Shown here in pieces: positions 42,382-53,066 of a stretch of DNA of 64,000 nt; position 1 is the stretch's first letter, and every line of letters begins with the position of its first letter. The notes under the pieces were generated by a model. That model saw only the letters and a program-made list of their open reading frames with translations. It did not search any database and was not told the origin of the DNA. The stretch spans positions 992,001-1,056,000 of the forward strand of contig OY729427.2 of NCBI GenBank assembly GCA_963422375.2, given 5' to 3'. Both the position numbers and the translations under genes were made by a program. Source of the DNA: Bryobacterales bacterium (GTDB lineage: Bacteria; Acidobacteriota; Terriglobia; Bryobacterales; UBA6623).

Positions 42382-42996
42382 CTAATCCCGTGGCTCGGAT
42401 GCGCGGCGATTGCAACGCGCCATGGCCTTCTCCGCCCCCTCGGCGAGCACGTCGCGAACGACATCCGCCGCGCGGCCCACGATCCCTTCTAGGTCCTCGA
42501 TCTCCTGCCGCGCGAAAGGGCGCAGCACGTACTTGGCCCCGTTCGAGACACGATGCCCCGGGTGGATCCCAATACGCAGCCGGGCGAACTCGGACGTCCC
42601 CAGCGAGTCGATGACAGACTGCATACCATTATGACCTGCCGAGGAGCCCTTGCTGCGGAGGCGCAGGGCGCCCCACGGCAGGTCGAGCTCGTCGTAGACC
42701 ACCAGCAGCCGCTCCGGCCGCAGGTCGTAGCGCCGCATGAGGCGCTTGACCGGGCCGCCGCTGCGGTTCACGTAGGAGAGGGGCTTGGCCAGCAGCGCCT
42801 GGTGCCCGGCCAGCTCGCCGCGCCCGACCAGCGACTCGTCCTCGGGGCGCGAGACGCGGATGCCGGCACTCTCCGCCAGCCTCTCCACGGTCAGGAAGCC
42901 GAGGTTGTGGGGCGTCAGGCGGTACTCCTCGCCCGGATTCCCGAGACCCACCACCAGCCAGTCGGCGCGGGCGCCGCCGCCCTTCCTCCAGAACAT
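42382..42996 (-). CDS. pth: Peptidyl-tRNA hydrolase
   Basis: VVGLGNPG, HNLGF, GHNG, RLRIGI. Confidence 0.96.
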   Translation of the reverse strand: MFWRKGGGARADWLVVGLGNPGEEYRLTPHNLGFLTVERLAESAGIRVSRPEDESLVGRGELAGHQALLAKPLSYVNRSGGPVKRLMRRYDLRPERLLVVYDELDLPWGALRLRSKGSSAGHNGMQSVIDSLGTSEFARLRIGIHPGHRVSNGAKYVLRPFARQEIEDLEGIVGRAADVVRDVLAEGAEKAMARCNRRASEPRD

Positions 42997-43046
42997 GCTT
43001 ACCTGCCCGCGAAGGGGCCCGGGCTCGGCCCGCGGCCCTCGCGCGC

Positions 43047-43664
43047 CTAGGCACTCAGGTCCTCTTCGCCTTCCCCGGCTTCCTCCTCGCCCGTCTCGCC
43101 CGCGGCCCGGGAGGCCATGACATGCACGAGCAGCTTCCGCTCGTCGTCGGCCAGCCGGTACTTGTCGCTGGCCGGGATGTCCTTGGCCCGGATCGCCTCG
43201 CCGACCCGCAAGGCCGTGACGTCCACGTCGATGTGCTCGGGGATGTCGAGCGGCAGGCACTCCACGTGGACCTCGCGGTTGACCATTTCCTCGAAGGCGC
43301 CCTGGTTCTTCACTCCGAAGGCCGTGCCGACCGCCTTGACGGGGACGGAAACCCGAACCGGCCGGGCCAAGTCGATACGCCGCAGGTCGACGTGCAGCAG
43401 GGTGTGCTTGACGGGGTCAATCTGGTAGTCGACCGCCATGGCATGCTCCTCGGCAGCGGCACCGCGCAGGCTGAACACGCGGTTGTGGCCGGACGGATCC
43501 TTGAGCACGCCGGTGATGGCCTTGGTGTCGACCGCGACCGACTGCGGCTCGCGGTTCAGGCCGTAGACCACGGCCGGCACGCGGCCGGCCGCGCGCAGCC
43601 GCCGCGCGGCGTTCTTGCCGCGCTCCGTGCGCTCGTCAACTTGCAATTCGATCTGTTGCTGCAT
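43047..43664 (-). CDS. rplY: 50S ribosomal protein L25 / Ctc
   Basis: GKNAARRLR..VPAVVYG, LHVD. Confidence 0.95.
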   Translation of the reverse strand: MQQQIELQVDERTERGKNAARRLRAAGRVPAVVYGLNREPQSVAVDTKAITGVLKDPSGHNRVFSLRGAAAEEHAMAVDYQIDPVKHTLLHVDLRRIDLARPVRVSVPVKAVGTAFGVKNQGAFEEMVNREVHVECLPLDIPEHIDVDVTALRVGEAIRAKDIPASDKYRLADDERKLLVHVMASRAAGETGEEEAGEGEEDLSA

Positions 43665-43733
43665 TGCGATCTCTCCTTCGCGGAACGCGGGCGGCCCCAC
43701 TGACGCGGCCGATACCGGAACCGCGACCCTGCC

Positions 43734-44681
43734 TCATTCGAACAGCATGCTAATCGACGACTCGCTGTGGATCGAGTCGATGCCGCGCGCCAGCAGCAGC
43801 GCCACGCTCAGCTGGCGGATCTTCCCGGAGGCCTTGGCCGCGGGCGACAGCGGGATCGAGTCCGTGACCACGAGCTGCCTGAGACCCGACTTCTTAATTC
43901 TATCCACGGCGGGCCCCGAGAGCACGGCGTGCGTGCAGGCGGCGTACACCGAGGCGGCCCCCTGGGCGAGCAGCGCGTCCGCGGTATGGACCAAGGTCCC
44001 CGCCGTGTCGACGAGATCGTCGACGATGACGCAGCTGTGCCCCTCGACGTCGCCGATGACGTGCATGACCTCCGAGACGTTGGCCTCCTCGCGGCGCTTG
44101 TCGATGATCGCCAGGGGGGCGCTGAGGCGCTTGGCCAGCGCGCGGGCGCGCTCCACGCCCCCAGCGTCCGGGGAGATGACCTTGACCTGCGGCAGATCGA
44201 GCTGCTCGAGGTACTCGACCAGCACCGGCCGCCCGTAGAGATGGTCAACCGGGATGTCGAAAAAGCCCTGGATTTGCGCCGCGTGCAGATCCAAGCTGAG
44301 AATCCGGTCCGCGCCCGCGGCCACGAGCAGGCTGGCCACGAGCTTGGCCGAGATCGGCACGCGTGGGCGGTCCTTGCGGTCCTGGCGCGAATAGCCGTAG
44401 TACGGCAGCACCGCCGTGACGCGCTTGGCCGAGGCGCGCCGAAGCGCGTCCAGCATGAGCAGAAGCTCCATCAGGTGACGGTCGACCGGGGTGCAGGTCG
44501 GCTGCACGACGAACACGTCCTTGCCGCGCACGTTCTCGTTGATCTGGAGATGGACCTCTCCGTCGGAGAACCTGCGCAGGTTCACCTTGCCTAGCGGTAG
44601 CCGCAGGTGCTCGCAGATCCGCTCGGCCAGCTCGGGATTGGCCGAGCCGCTGAACACCCTCAAGCGCGATCGGTTTGACAC
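43734..44681 (-). CDS. prs: Ribose-phosphate pyrophosphokinase
   Basis: FSDGE, YSRQDRK, DLHA, SPDAGG, VDDLVDTAGT. Confidence 0.98.
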   Translation of the reverse strand: MSNRSRLRVFSGSANPELAERICEHLRLPLGKVNLRRFSDGEVHLQINENVRGKDVFVVQPTCTPVDRHLMELLLMLDALRRASAKRVTAVLPYYGYSRQDRKDRPRVPISAKLVASLLVAAGADRILSLDLHAAQIQGFFDIPVDHLYGRPVLVEYLEQLDLPQVKVISPDAGGVERARALAKRLSAPLAIIDKRREEANVSEVMHVIGDVEGHSCVIVDDLVDTAGTLVHTADALLAQGAASVYAACTHAVLSGPAVDRIKKSGLRQLVVTDSIPLSPAAKASGKIRQLSVALLLARGIDSIHSESSISMLFE

Positions 44682-44725
44682 GCCATTACACCAGCGTCAG
44701 GAGGAGATGCAAGCGAGGCTTCGGG

Positions 44726-45667
44726 CTAGAGCGCGGTAACGCATTCGGACCGAGGCAGGAACCCCGAAACATTCGTGCGGAACCCGTCCGCCTCAATGCC
44801 CGCCAGCGCCCGGCGGGCGGCATCGCTCGAGTCGAACAAGCCAAACACGGCGGAGCCGGTCCCCGACATGAGCGCGTGGCGGGCTCCCTCTTCCCGAAGC
44901 CGGCACTTGATTTCCTCAAGTACGGGAAACTGCCGGAACGCTACGAGCTCAAAGTCGTTGAGCATCCACTCGGACGGGCTGTCGCGGGCAGCGGCCTCGG
45001 CGGTTGCAGCCTCCGCCCAGCGATCTCTCATTGTACGGGCGTCGTGCGGGGATGTCAACCGCGTCCTGCGACTGTCCGCGAGAGCCCTGTACATTGCCGG
45101 CGTGGCGATCTCGATGTCGGGCAGCACCAGCGCCACGGCGGTCGGCGGCAGGTCGTCCATCGGGAGCAGCTCGGTCCCGCGGCCACCGGCGAGCACGGTG
45201 CCGCCGACAAGGAAGTACGGCACGTCGCTGCCGAGGGAGCCCGCGACCTCGGCCAAGGTGTCGGCCGGAGGCGGGTCGGGCAGCACCCTGCCCAGCGCAC
45301 GCAGCACGGCGCCGGCGTCGCTGGAGCCCCCGCCCAGGCCGGCGCCGACCGGGATGAATTTGCGCAGGCGGATATGAACCGACACGCAGGCGCCCGTCTT
45401 CTGCAGCAGGCGATCCGCGGCGAGCCATGCGAGGTTTCCCTCGTGCCGCAGATCGGCGCGGTCGCACTCCAATGCCACGGACGGCCGCCGGGCGCGGCGC
45501 ACCTTCAGGTCGACCTCGTCGACCAAGTCGACCGCCTGCAGAAGCGTGCAGATCTCGTGGTACCCGTCAAGGCGCGGACCCAAGACCCGCAGGCCCAGAT
45601 TGAGCTTGGCGAAGGCGAGCTCGTAAACGCGCCTCTCGGCGGAGTCGCCTTCCATTTGGCCGACCAC
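44726..45667 (-). CDS. ispE: 4-(cytidine 5'-diphospho)-2-C-methyl-D-erythritol kinase
   Basis: AKLNLGL, IPVGAGLGGGSSDA, GSDVP, MSGTGS; start may be 45655. Confidence 0.96.
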   Translation of the reverse strand: MVGQMEGDSAERRVYELAFAKLNLGLRVLGPRLDGYHEICTLLQAVDLVDEVDLKVRRARRPSVALECDRADLRHEGNLAWLAADRLLQKTGACVSVHIRLRKFIPVGAGLGGGSSDAGAVLRALGRVLPDPPPADTLAEVAGSLGSDVPYFLVGGTVLAGGRGTELLPMDDLPPTAVALVLPDIEIATPAMYRALADSRRTRLTSPHDARTMRDRWAEAATAEAAARDSPSEWMLNDFELVAFRQFPVLEEIKCRLREEGARHALMSGTGSAVFGLFDSSDAARRALAGIEADGFRTNVSGFLPRSECVTAL

Positions 45668-45677
45668 GAGCGCAGGG

Positions 45678-46199
45678 TCAGCTCTCGTACTTCAGCAGAG
45701 ACGAGACGTTGTATCCGGCGAGGCGATCACGACCGGCGAGGAAGCTCAGTTCGATAACGAACTGCAGGCCTGCGACCCGGCCCCCGAGCTGCTCGACCAG
45801 CCTCGCGGCGGCCGACGCGGTCCCGCCGGTCGCCAGGAGGTCGTCCACGATCAGCACCCGCTGGCCCGGGCGCACGGCGTCGGTATGCATTTCGAGCGAG
45901 TCGGTTCCGTATTCGAGGTCGTACTCGACCTTCGTGGCGGCGGCGGGAAGCTTGCCGGGCTTGCGCATCAGGGCGAAGCCGGTCCCTTTCTGCAATGCGA
46001 GCGCCGGCCCCAGCAGGAATCCGCGCGATTCCATGCCGGCAACCAAGTCGAACTCGATGCCGGCGGCCGCCTCGGCCAACCGGTCGCTCACGACGCGCAA
46101 GCCTCGGGCGTCCTTGAAGAGCGTGGTGATGTCATAGAAGAGAATGCCCGGCTTGGGGAAGTCGGGCACTTCGCGAACGAGAGACCGCAATTCGTCCAT
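45678..46199 (-). CDS. apt: Adenine phosphoribosyltransferase
   Basis: [30 protein letters not shown]. Confidence 0.98.
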   Translation of the reverse strand: MDELRSLVREVPDFPKPGILFYDITTLFKDARGLRVVSDRLAEAAAGIEFDLVAGMESRGFLLGPALALQKGTGFALMRKPGKLPAAATKVEYDLEYGTDSLEMHTDAVRPGQRVLIVDDLLATGGTASAAARLVEQLGGRVAGLQFVIELSFLAGRDRLAGYNVSSLLKYES

Positions 46200-46672
46200 T
46201 TCTCTCCGTATCGTATCCGATCAGAGGGCGGTCGCGGTCCGGGAGACCCGCCGGGGACGGGGCGCGAGGGCGCGCTCGCCCAGCCGCCGGCAGGTGGAGA
46301 GCCGGACCGGGACCCCGCTGCGAATGGAGATCCGCGGAGGCGATCGGCCGCAGCCGACTCGAGCGGGCCGGCCGGACGCATGCTCGGCTTGACTTCCGGC
46401 GCCGCACGCCGTACCATTAGCACGCTTGCGCACCGCTGCACGGTAATGGCGCCGGACTTCTCACGAGTCGGATCCGGCACTTCAGGAAGGGCCGCGGTCG
46501 CTGATCGCGGATTCAAGCCACCAGGCGACCTTGCCGAGGCATGTCCGAGTCGCATGTGCCGGATCACCCGAGCGTCGCGAGGAATTGGAACACCGCCGAC
46601 CATTGGACTGGATCCGACGCAGTGTCAGATGGCGATTCCACGGGTAGGCTAGCCTAAGGGGGATTCGGGGCT

Positions 46673-47134
46673 TTGACGGACGAACTCGAGCAGCATCCGG
46701 CCTGGCTTCGGCTGGATGATCAATACACCTGGCTGGACCGGACGAGTATCGCGTTTCAGAGAAAGTACAAATGGCTCAGATACATCCAGCTCGTTGTAAT
46801 CGGCGCGTTACCCATCGCGCCTTATTTCGAACCTTCGGCCTTCATTCCGGTCCTCTTGGCTGCGACCGCCGCAGCCATTGAGGGTGTCCATAAACTAAAT
46901 GGCTATGGAACGCTCTGGGTGCAGTACCGCCAAACGGCAGAGCACCTCAAACGCGAGAGGGCGCTGTTTCTGTCAAGCGCAGGGCCCTACAGAAGCATGA
47001 CCATGGAAGACCGCCTGGTCAACCTAGCCGAGCGCACCGAAGCGATTCTTGCAGGCGAGCAGCGCCAATGGGTTCGCGAGGCCGCAGCTATGGTTTCAGA
47101 GCCCAGCCCGAAGGCACCCCTTCGGGCGGCATGA
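46673..47134 (+). CDS. DUF4231 / SLATT-family two-TM protein
   Basis: RLDDQYTWLD..Q..Y, two hydrophobic segments, WVQYRQTAEHLKRERALF, E..W. Confidence 0.8.
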   Translation: MTDELEQHPAWLRLDDQYTWLDRTSIAFQRKYKWLRYIQLVVIGALPIAPYFEPSAFIPVLLAATAAAIEGVHKLNGYGTLWVQYRQTAEHLKRERALFLSSAGPYRSMTMEDRLVNLAERTEAILAGEQRQWVREAAAMVSEPSPKAPLRAA

Positions 47135-47281
47135 CGGACGGCGGCAGGGCGGCAAGCTGTCGCGGACGCTCGGTTCGGGCTGGCATCCGGGAATTGCGTT
47201 CGTGAACCCGGCGCGGAGCCGACCCTATCCCGTCGAACGCCCCTGACTCGAATCCAACCAGCGCTGCGACTGGCGGCGGGG

Positions 47282-48646
47282 CTACGACTCGTCGCCGGAA
47301 TCGGACGCCCCCGCTTCCTCCTCGTCGGGCTCGCTCAGAAGCTCCTCTACGGCACGCTCGATGTTCTGCGCCGCGACCTGCTCGACCCGGTACGTAGAAT
47401 GCTCTCCCTCGCGCGCCGCGTACACCATCGCCGTGTCGTACGAGGAGACGTACACCGTCTCGGTCGCGGCGTCGTCCCCGGCCGGGGTGACGCTGGCCTC
47501 GATCACCGGGCTGTCCAGTCCGTAGCGCCCTTGGGCGTCCTCTCTGTCCGACGGGAATCCGGTCGCCGCCAGGTTCCGCAAGCGGTCCAGCAGGGTCTGC
47601 ACCGCCTGTCCCTCGAGCTCGCGCCCTTCCGCGGAACCGAGCCGCCATTCCCCGTCGGCCCGCACCACAGTCGCGGAACGCTCGCGGGCCCTTACATCCA
47701 CGCGGGCCGGATCCGCGAAGCCGAAGTCGAAGAGCTTCTTGTTCCGGAAGTCGGCCAGGTCCTTGTCCAGGCTCCCGCCCAAAGTCGAGCTCACCTCGAA
47801 GACACCTGCCTGGGCGCTGCTGCGAGCGTAGTGGGTGTCGCCGTCCTTCGCGATCACCAGCTCGTGCGGGCCGCTGGCGTCGGTCACCGTGACAGTCGCG
47901 ACCGGTCTCGCGAAGGAGTAAGCCGCGGAGCCCTCGCCCTCGGCCAGGACCTCGGTCATTTCGGCGGTGCGAATCGCCCGCGAGAGGTCGCCCACTGTGA
48001 AGTCGTCGGCCCGCGCCTCGATGGGCTGCACGATGCGCCAATCGCCGTCCTCCCGCTCGAAGGCCACGGTTCGCGAACCGGCCCGGACCTCGATCCGGGA
48101 AATCGAAGCCTCGTCCAAGCGGAGCAGACGCTTGTCACGCAGATCGAAAACTGACTTCTCGAAGGCCGTCTTGTTGTAGCTGTAAACGGTGAAGAGGCGC
48201 GGCTCCCCCACGAGCCGCGCGAACACTCCCGAACCCGTGGGCGTGTCCCGGCCGAAACGCACCTCGCCGCCCCCTTCATCGAGTTCGTACGCCACGGCCA
48301 GTTCCGGATCGTCGAGTTGGTACGGCCCCCAGTCGACGACGCTCTCCGAGACCACGCGGTCGGCGTTGAGCGCCGCGAGGCTCGACACGAGGGAGCCGAC
48401 GGACGTGTCGTCGGCGGGGATCCCGAGCCCGCCGCCGAACTCCCACTCGCCGTCGTCGCCGCGCAGCAGCTCGAGCGGGTCATCGCCGGCCCGGCGCACA
48501 GTAACCTTGCGCAAGTCCTCCTCCTCGAGGTCAACGATCTTGGGCGCGGCCTCCCCGTCCTCGGGCGGGTTCTCCCGCGTGTACCACACGGCAGCCCCAA
48601 GCACGGCCAGCAAGGCAACCGCTATGACAAGTGGATTCGCTTTCAT
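47282..48646 (-). CDS. DUF4340 domain protein
   Basis: N-terminal TM, repeated units with DLRDKRL / DFRNKKL, YGLDSP. Confidence 0.85.
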   Translation of the reverse strand: MKANPLVIAVALLAVLGAAVWYTRENPPEDGEAAPKIVDLEEEDLRKVTVRRAGDDPLELLRGDDGEWEFGGGLGIPADDTSVGSLVSSLAALNADRVVSESVVDWGPYQLDDPELAVAYELDEGGGEVRFGRDTPTGSGVFARLVGEPRLFTVYSYNKTAFEKSVFDLRDKRLLRLDEASISRIEVRAGSRTVAFEREDGDWRIVQPIEARADDFTVGDLSRAIRTAEMTEVLAEGEGSAAYSFARPVATVTVTDASGPHELVIAKDGDTHYARSSAQAGVFEVSSTLGGSLDKDLADFRNKKLFDFGFADPARVDVRARERSATVVRADGEWRLGSAEGRELEGQAVQTLLDRLRNLAATGFPSDREDAQGRYGLDSPVIEASVTPAGDDAATETVYVSSYDTAMVYAAREGEHSTYRVEQVAAQNIERAVEELLSEPDEEEAGASDSGDES

Positions 48647-48688
48647 CGCCGTTTGTCGATGCCTCCGATCGCGTCCGCGCGCCTCGCC

Positions 48689-50149
48689 CTAGCGGCGGCC
48701 CCACCATGTCCACACGCCCGTCAGGATGATCAGCAGCGGAAGCAACCCCAAGCTGGCGATGAAGATGCGGACCATCTCCCCCTGGCTCATGTTGATCGGC
48801 GTCGATTCCGGATCTCGGGGCCGGATCGAGATGAGGTCCTCGTCGGAGCTCAGCCAGTTCATCATGTTGAGCAGGAGGTCCCGGTTTCCCCCTAGGGACA
48901 GGCCGTAGTTCTCCGCGAATCCGGGCGACCCGACCACGACCACGCGCCCCTCGGGATCGGCCTCCTCTTCCTCCGCGTCGACTTCGTCGCCCGCGACGGC
49001 TTCCTCGCCGTCCGCCTCCGCGGAATCGCCCTCGCTCTCGGGCACGTCGTACCGGGCAGCGACAGCCAGCACGATGGGCCCCTCGGTCCGGCTGGACTCC
49101 GGGCCCAGCCGGACCGTCGAGCCTTCTATCGTGATCCCCGCCGTGGCGAAGCTCGCGGCCGAGGTCTCGAAGAGCTCGTCCACCGTCCAGCCGTCGGGAG
49201 TCTCTTCCGCCTCGCCCACGCTGCGGGCCCTGGGGAACAGCGTGGCCACGTTCTCCATCGGTTCGACGATCTGGTGGAACTTGTAACTGGTCACCAAGGG
49301 GGTGAACGGGCCCCCGCCGAAGAGCTGGCCGATGGTTGACTCGTCGATCACCACGTCATTCCTCGCCTCGATCCCCCACTCCGCCAGCAGCCCCACCAGC
49401 TTCGGGTTCGCCTCGGCGCGCCGACCGCTCCGGTCCGGAAAGGCCGGCCGCAGCATCAGCAGGGCCCTCCCGCCGTCTTGCACGAAGTCCCGGATCGCGT
49501 CGACTTCGGGATCGAAATAGGCCGTGGTCGGCCCCGGCACAACCAGCAGGGTGCAGTCCCCGGGCACGCCGTCCAGCGCCAGGTTCACGTCCTCGTAGGC
49601 GTAGTTGGCGTCCTCGATCAGCCTCCGGGCGTTCGAGAACCCGGCGCGCTCCATGTCCCCGCTGGCTGACTCGCCGTGGCCCGTCGCGACGCAGGCCGTC
49701 TTCTCCTGGCCCTTCAGCGCCATAATGATTGCGTTGGTAATGTCCTGCTCCCTGGTCGAGGACACCTCCCGGCGCTCGCCGCCGACATGCAGGATCAGGG
49801 TCCCGTACGAGCGGATATTCATCGTCTCCGCCCTGACCGGATCCTCGTCCGGATCCACGTACTCGACGCTCACGCGGCTCGAGGCGTACTGGTAGCGTCG
49901 CAGCATGTCCTCGGCCGCGGCGAACTCGACCGTGCGGTCGAAGTAGGTCATCAAGACGTCCCGGTCCAAGTTGTCGAGGATCTTGTGCGTCTGGTCGGAC
50001 AGGCTGTAGAGCTTGCGCTCGGTCGCGTCGAAGGACTCGTTGTACTGGACCCCGAGCCAGTTCGCGGCCACGAGGATGCCCACGAAGACTAGCGAGTAGA
50101 GACCCGTATAGCTGCCCGACTTGAATTGCCTGGATTGCAGGAAGCTCAT
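48689..50149 (-). CDS. GldG-like ABC transporter auxiliary component
   Basis: DATERKLYSLS, VDPD, TGHGE, NRDLLLNMMNWL, terminal TM WWGRR. Confidence 0.88.
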   Translation of the reverse strand: MSFLQSRQFKSGSYTGLYSLVFVGILVAANWLGVQYNESFDATERKLYSLSDQTHKILDNLDRDVLMTYFDRTVEFAAAEDMLRRYQYASSRVSVEYVDPDEDPVRAETMNIRSYGTLILHVGGERREVSSTREQDITNAIIMALKGQEKTACVATGHGESASGDMERAGFSNARRLIEDANYAYEDVNLALDGVPGDCTLLVVPGPTTAYFDPEVDAIRDFVQDGGRALLMLRPAFPDRSGRRAEANPKLVGLLAEWGIEARNDVVIDESTIGQLFGGGPFTPLVTSYKFHQIVEPMENVATLFPRARSVGEAEETPDGWTVDELFETSAASFATAGITIEGSTVRLGPESSRTEGPIVLAVAARYDVPESEGDSAEADGEEAVAGDEVDAEEEEADPEGRVVVVGSPGFAENYGLSLGGNRDLLLNMMNWLSSDEDLISIRPRDPESTPINMSQGEMVRIFIASLGLLPLLIILTGVWTWWGRR

Positions 50150-50163
50150 CGAACCTGCCTCCC

Positions 50164-50940
50164 TTACGCCTTCCAGCGAAGCGACTCGAGCGAGCGCTTG
50201 CTGAGGAACAGCCCGAGCGTGATGGCGCTGAAGTAGTAGACCAAGTCCTGCAGCTCGATCACCCCCCGCGAGAACTGCTCGAAGTGCGGCGAGATCGCCA
50301 GGTACTCGCACAGCCTGCCGATCATGGACGACTCGAAGGAGCTGATCCAATTCAGCACCCAGAGCAGCAGCAGCAAGCCGAAAGTCAGCGCGCCGGCGAC
50401 GATCTGGTTCTTCGTGACGGTCGACAGGAACGTCCCGAGCGCCAGCATCGTCCCGCCCATCAGCAGCAGCCCTAGCAGGGACACCGCCAGCGGCTTCCAG
50501 TCCGGCGTGGAGTAGACGAAGAGCACCGAGATATTGACGACCGCGACCAGCAGCAGGCAGGCGTATAGCAGGAGCGCGCCCAGCCACTTCCCGAGGATGA
50601 TGTGGTAGTCGCGCAGCGGCGAGGTGAGCAGCAGTTCGATGGTCCCGCTGCGCTTCTCTTCCGCGAACAGCCGCATCGTGATCATCGGCGCCAGGAACAG
50701 TAGCACGATGCTCATATTGCCCAAGGCCGGCTCGATCACGAACTGGTTCACATTCAGGGGCGGCGCGCCCATGCCGCCGCCCTGGGCGGACATGTTGGCA
50801 CTGTAGTCGAGAAAGAACGCCAGACCTGCCGTGAAGAAGTAGCCGAAAATCACCGCGAACATCGCGAGCACGATGTAGGCGATGGGCGAGGTGAAGTACA
50901 CCTTGAACTCGCGCATCGCGATCGTCAGGACGTGTCTCAT
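50164..50940 (-). CDS. ABC-2 permease (GldF-like)
   Basis: REFKVYFTSPIAY, TMRLFAEEKRSGTIELLLTSP. Confidence 0.92.
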   Translation of the reverse strand: MRHVLTIAMREFKVYFTSPIAYIVLAMFAVIFGYFFTAGLAFFLDYSANMSAQGGGMGAPPLNVNQFVIEPALGNMSIVLLFLAPMITMRLFAEEKRSGTIELLLTSPLRDYHIILGKWLGALLLYACLLLVAVVNISVLFVYSTPDWKPLAVSLLGLLLMGGTMLALGTFLSTVTKNQIVAGALTFGLLLLLWVLNWISSFESSMIGRLCEYLAISPHFEQFSRGVIELQDLVYYFSAITLGLFLSKRSLESLRWKA

Positions 50941-51965
50941 GCCTGCTTGGCCTCCTCGTCGGCGCGCTCGCTCGGGGCGGCCTCGGCGGCCGGGACCTGG
51001 TCGGCGCCCGGAGCGTCCCCGTCGACCGCTGCCTTCTCGTGGCTGGTCAGCTTCAGGAAGATGTCCTCGAGGCTCAGCCGCAGCGGCTGAAGGCTGTACA
51101 GCCCCCAGCCGGAGTTGACTACCGCCTCGGCCAGCCTGCGCGGAATCCGGTCGTCCTTGTCGACCTCGACCCGCCACACGCAGCGACCGTCCCGCGCACT
51201 CTCCCGCGAGACCTGCCGGACGCCCTCCTCGCTCTCGAGGCGGCCCCGCACGCCGTCCTCAGGGCCCTCCACGTCAATCAGGACGGCGTCCGCGCCTTGG
51301 ACCTGGGCCGTCAGGTTCTCCGGGGTGTCGCTCGCCTCGATGCGGCCCTCGTTGATGATGATGACGCGCCCGCACGTGCCGGAGACTTCCGGCAGGATGT
51401 GCGTGCTGAGGATGATCGTATGCTCGCCGGCGAGCGAGCGGATCAGGCGGCGCACCTCGATGATCTGTTTCGGGTCGAGACCCGAGGTGGGCTCGTCGAG
51501 GACCAGCACCTCGGGATTGTGGATCAGCGCCTGCGCGAGGCCGACGCGCTGCCGAAAGCCCTTGGAGAGCTTGCCGATCAGCGTGCGCCGCACCTCCTCG
51601 CAGGACGTGCGACGCACGACGCAGTCGACGCGGCGCTCGATCTCCCTGCGCGGGATGCCCTTGATGCGCGCCACGAAGCGCAAGTAGGCATCGACCTCCA
51701 GCTCGGGGTACAGGGGCGGCGTCTCGGGCAGGTACCCGATGCGGCGCTTGACCTCCAGCGGATTCTGGGAGACGTCGAAGCCGGCGACCGTGGCGGTGCC
51801 GGTAGTCGGCGGCAGGAAACCAGTCAGGATGCGCATGGTCGTGGTCTTCCCGGCCCCGTTCGGGCCGAGGAAGCCGACGATCTCGCCGCGCTCCACCCTG
51901 AAGCTGACGTCCTTGACTGCGATTTTCGGGCCGTATCGCTTCGTTACGCCTTCAACACGGATCAT
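50937..51965 (-). CDS. ABC transporter ATP-binding protein (GldA-like)
   Basis: GPNGAGKTT, LSKG, LDEPT, STH. Confidence 0.95.
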   Translation of the reverse strand: MIRVEGVTKRYGPKIAVKDVSFRVERGEIVGFLGPNGAGKTTTMRILTGFLPPTTGTATVAGFDVSQNPLEVKRRIGYLPETPPLYPELEVDAYLRFVARIKGIPRREIERRVDCVVRRTSCEEVRRTLIGKLSKGFRQRVGLAQALIHNPEVLVLDEPTSGLDPKQIIEVRRLIRSLAGEHTIILSTHILPEVSGTCGRVIIINEGRIEASDTPENLTAQVQGADAVLIDVEGPEDGVRGRLESEEGVRQVSRESARDGRCVWRVEVDKDDRIPRRLAEAVVNSGWGLYSLQPLRLSLEDIFLKLTSHEKAAVDGDAPGADQVPAAEAAPSERADEEAKQA

Positions 51966-52124
51966 GGACTCCCTCAAGCGGTTGCTGAAAATCAATTGGA
52001 CGTCGGCCCGCGCGGATTCGTCTACCGCGCGGCGACGCAACTTGCAGGCGGTATACCTACCATTATCTACATCGCGGGGGAATCGAGTGTCAATCGCCCG
52101 CCTCGTACATCTCGTCAAGCACGC

Positions 52125-52400
52125 TCAGGATCTCGCCCCATCCTCGCCGCAGGTGGCGCGCGCGCCGCGCACGATCCACCGCGGGATGCGGTGCAGAGCT
52201 TCCGCGACCGGCGCGGCCATGGCAGCTGGCGAGTCTGAGTCGCCGCCCAGCGAGACCGCGTTGCGCACGTCTTCCTCGAAGCTCGACAACTCGAGCGTGC
52301 AGATGACGCCCTCGGGCAGGCTTGCGTGGCAGATCATGGCGAAGCCGTCGGAGAGCCGGATGTCGTCGATGCTCCGGTCCAAGTCGTACGACAGCAAGCC
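52125..52400 (-). pseudogene. C-terminal fragment of an ADP-ribosylglycohydrolase
   Basis: YDLDRSIDDIR..C..SLPE..SFEEDVRNAVSLGGDSDS..VAEA; no N-terminus. Confidence 0.7.
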
Positions 52401-53066
52401 TCGACGTGCGGACGAAGGCCCGCGGTCCGTCGCGGATGGAGGCGCAGAGAATCGGGACTCACGAGACCGGACCGGCAGAGCTTCGCGCGCGCGCCCCCCT
52501 CGACGGGCTCGAGCGGGCACTCGCGTCTGCCGCACTCCTGCGGTTTCAAGCGGACCTGCCCGGAGGTGATCGATCTGGAGACGGCCAGTCGATGACCTAG
52601 GGCGGAACCCGATAAGCCAAGGTCTCGGGGAGCTTCCCGGGGATCGCCCGCCGCAGCCGGCAGGCGAAGGCCGTCGCCATCCTCCGCGACGGCGACATCG
52701 ATGGAACACTCGTGGATCCCGGGCTCCGACGAGCGAGGCCGAGCCAGCCGACGAGGCGTCCAAGCGGAGACGCAACTCTCACGCGTGCCTGACGCGGTTC
52801 AAGCCCAGATAGAACTCTCGCAAGCGGAGCCGGTTCGTCGCCGGGCACAACCATCGTCGTGGGATCGTCCAGCGCCGGCCAGGCCTGAGTGTTCGCTGGG
52901 CGATCGCGTTGCTTCGGCAGTTGGGGCGACTCCCCGATCTAGCCGGACCAAGACCGGATTCGAGATCCAAAGTGCGTCTGGCCCAGCCGACGGCCTCGCT
53001 ATATGCTCGCTATATGATAGTGGCGTGCCCGTCGCGACTCTTTCGCGTCCGGGAAGGAGCGCTTCA

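Noticed and set aside
52597..52960. Possible IS end (CTAGGGCGGAACCCGATAAG) with a transposase remnant
   Set aside because: No matching second end and no convincing motif by eye
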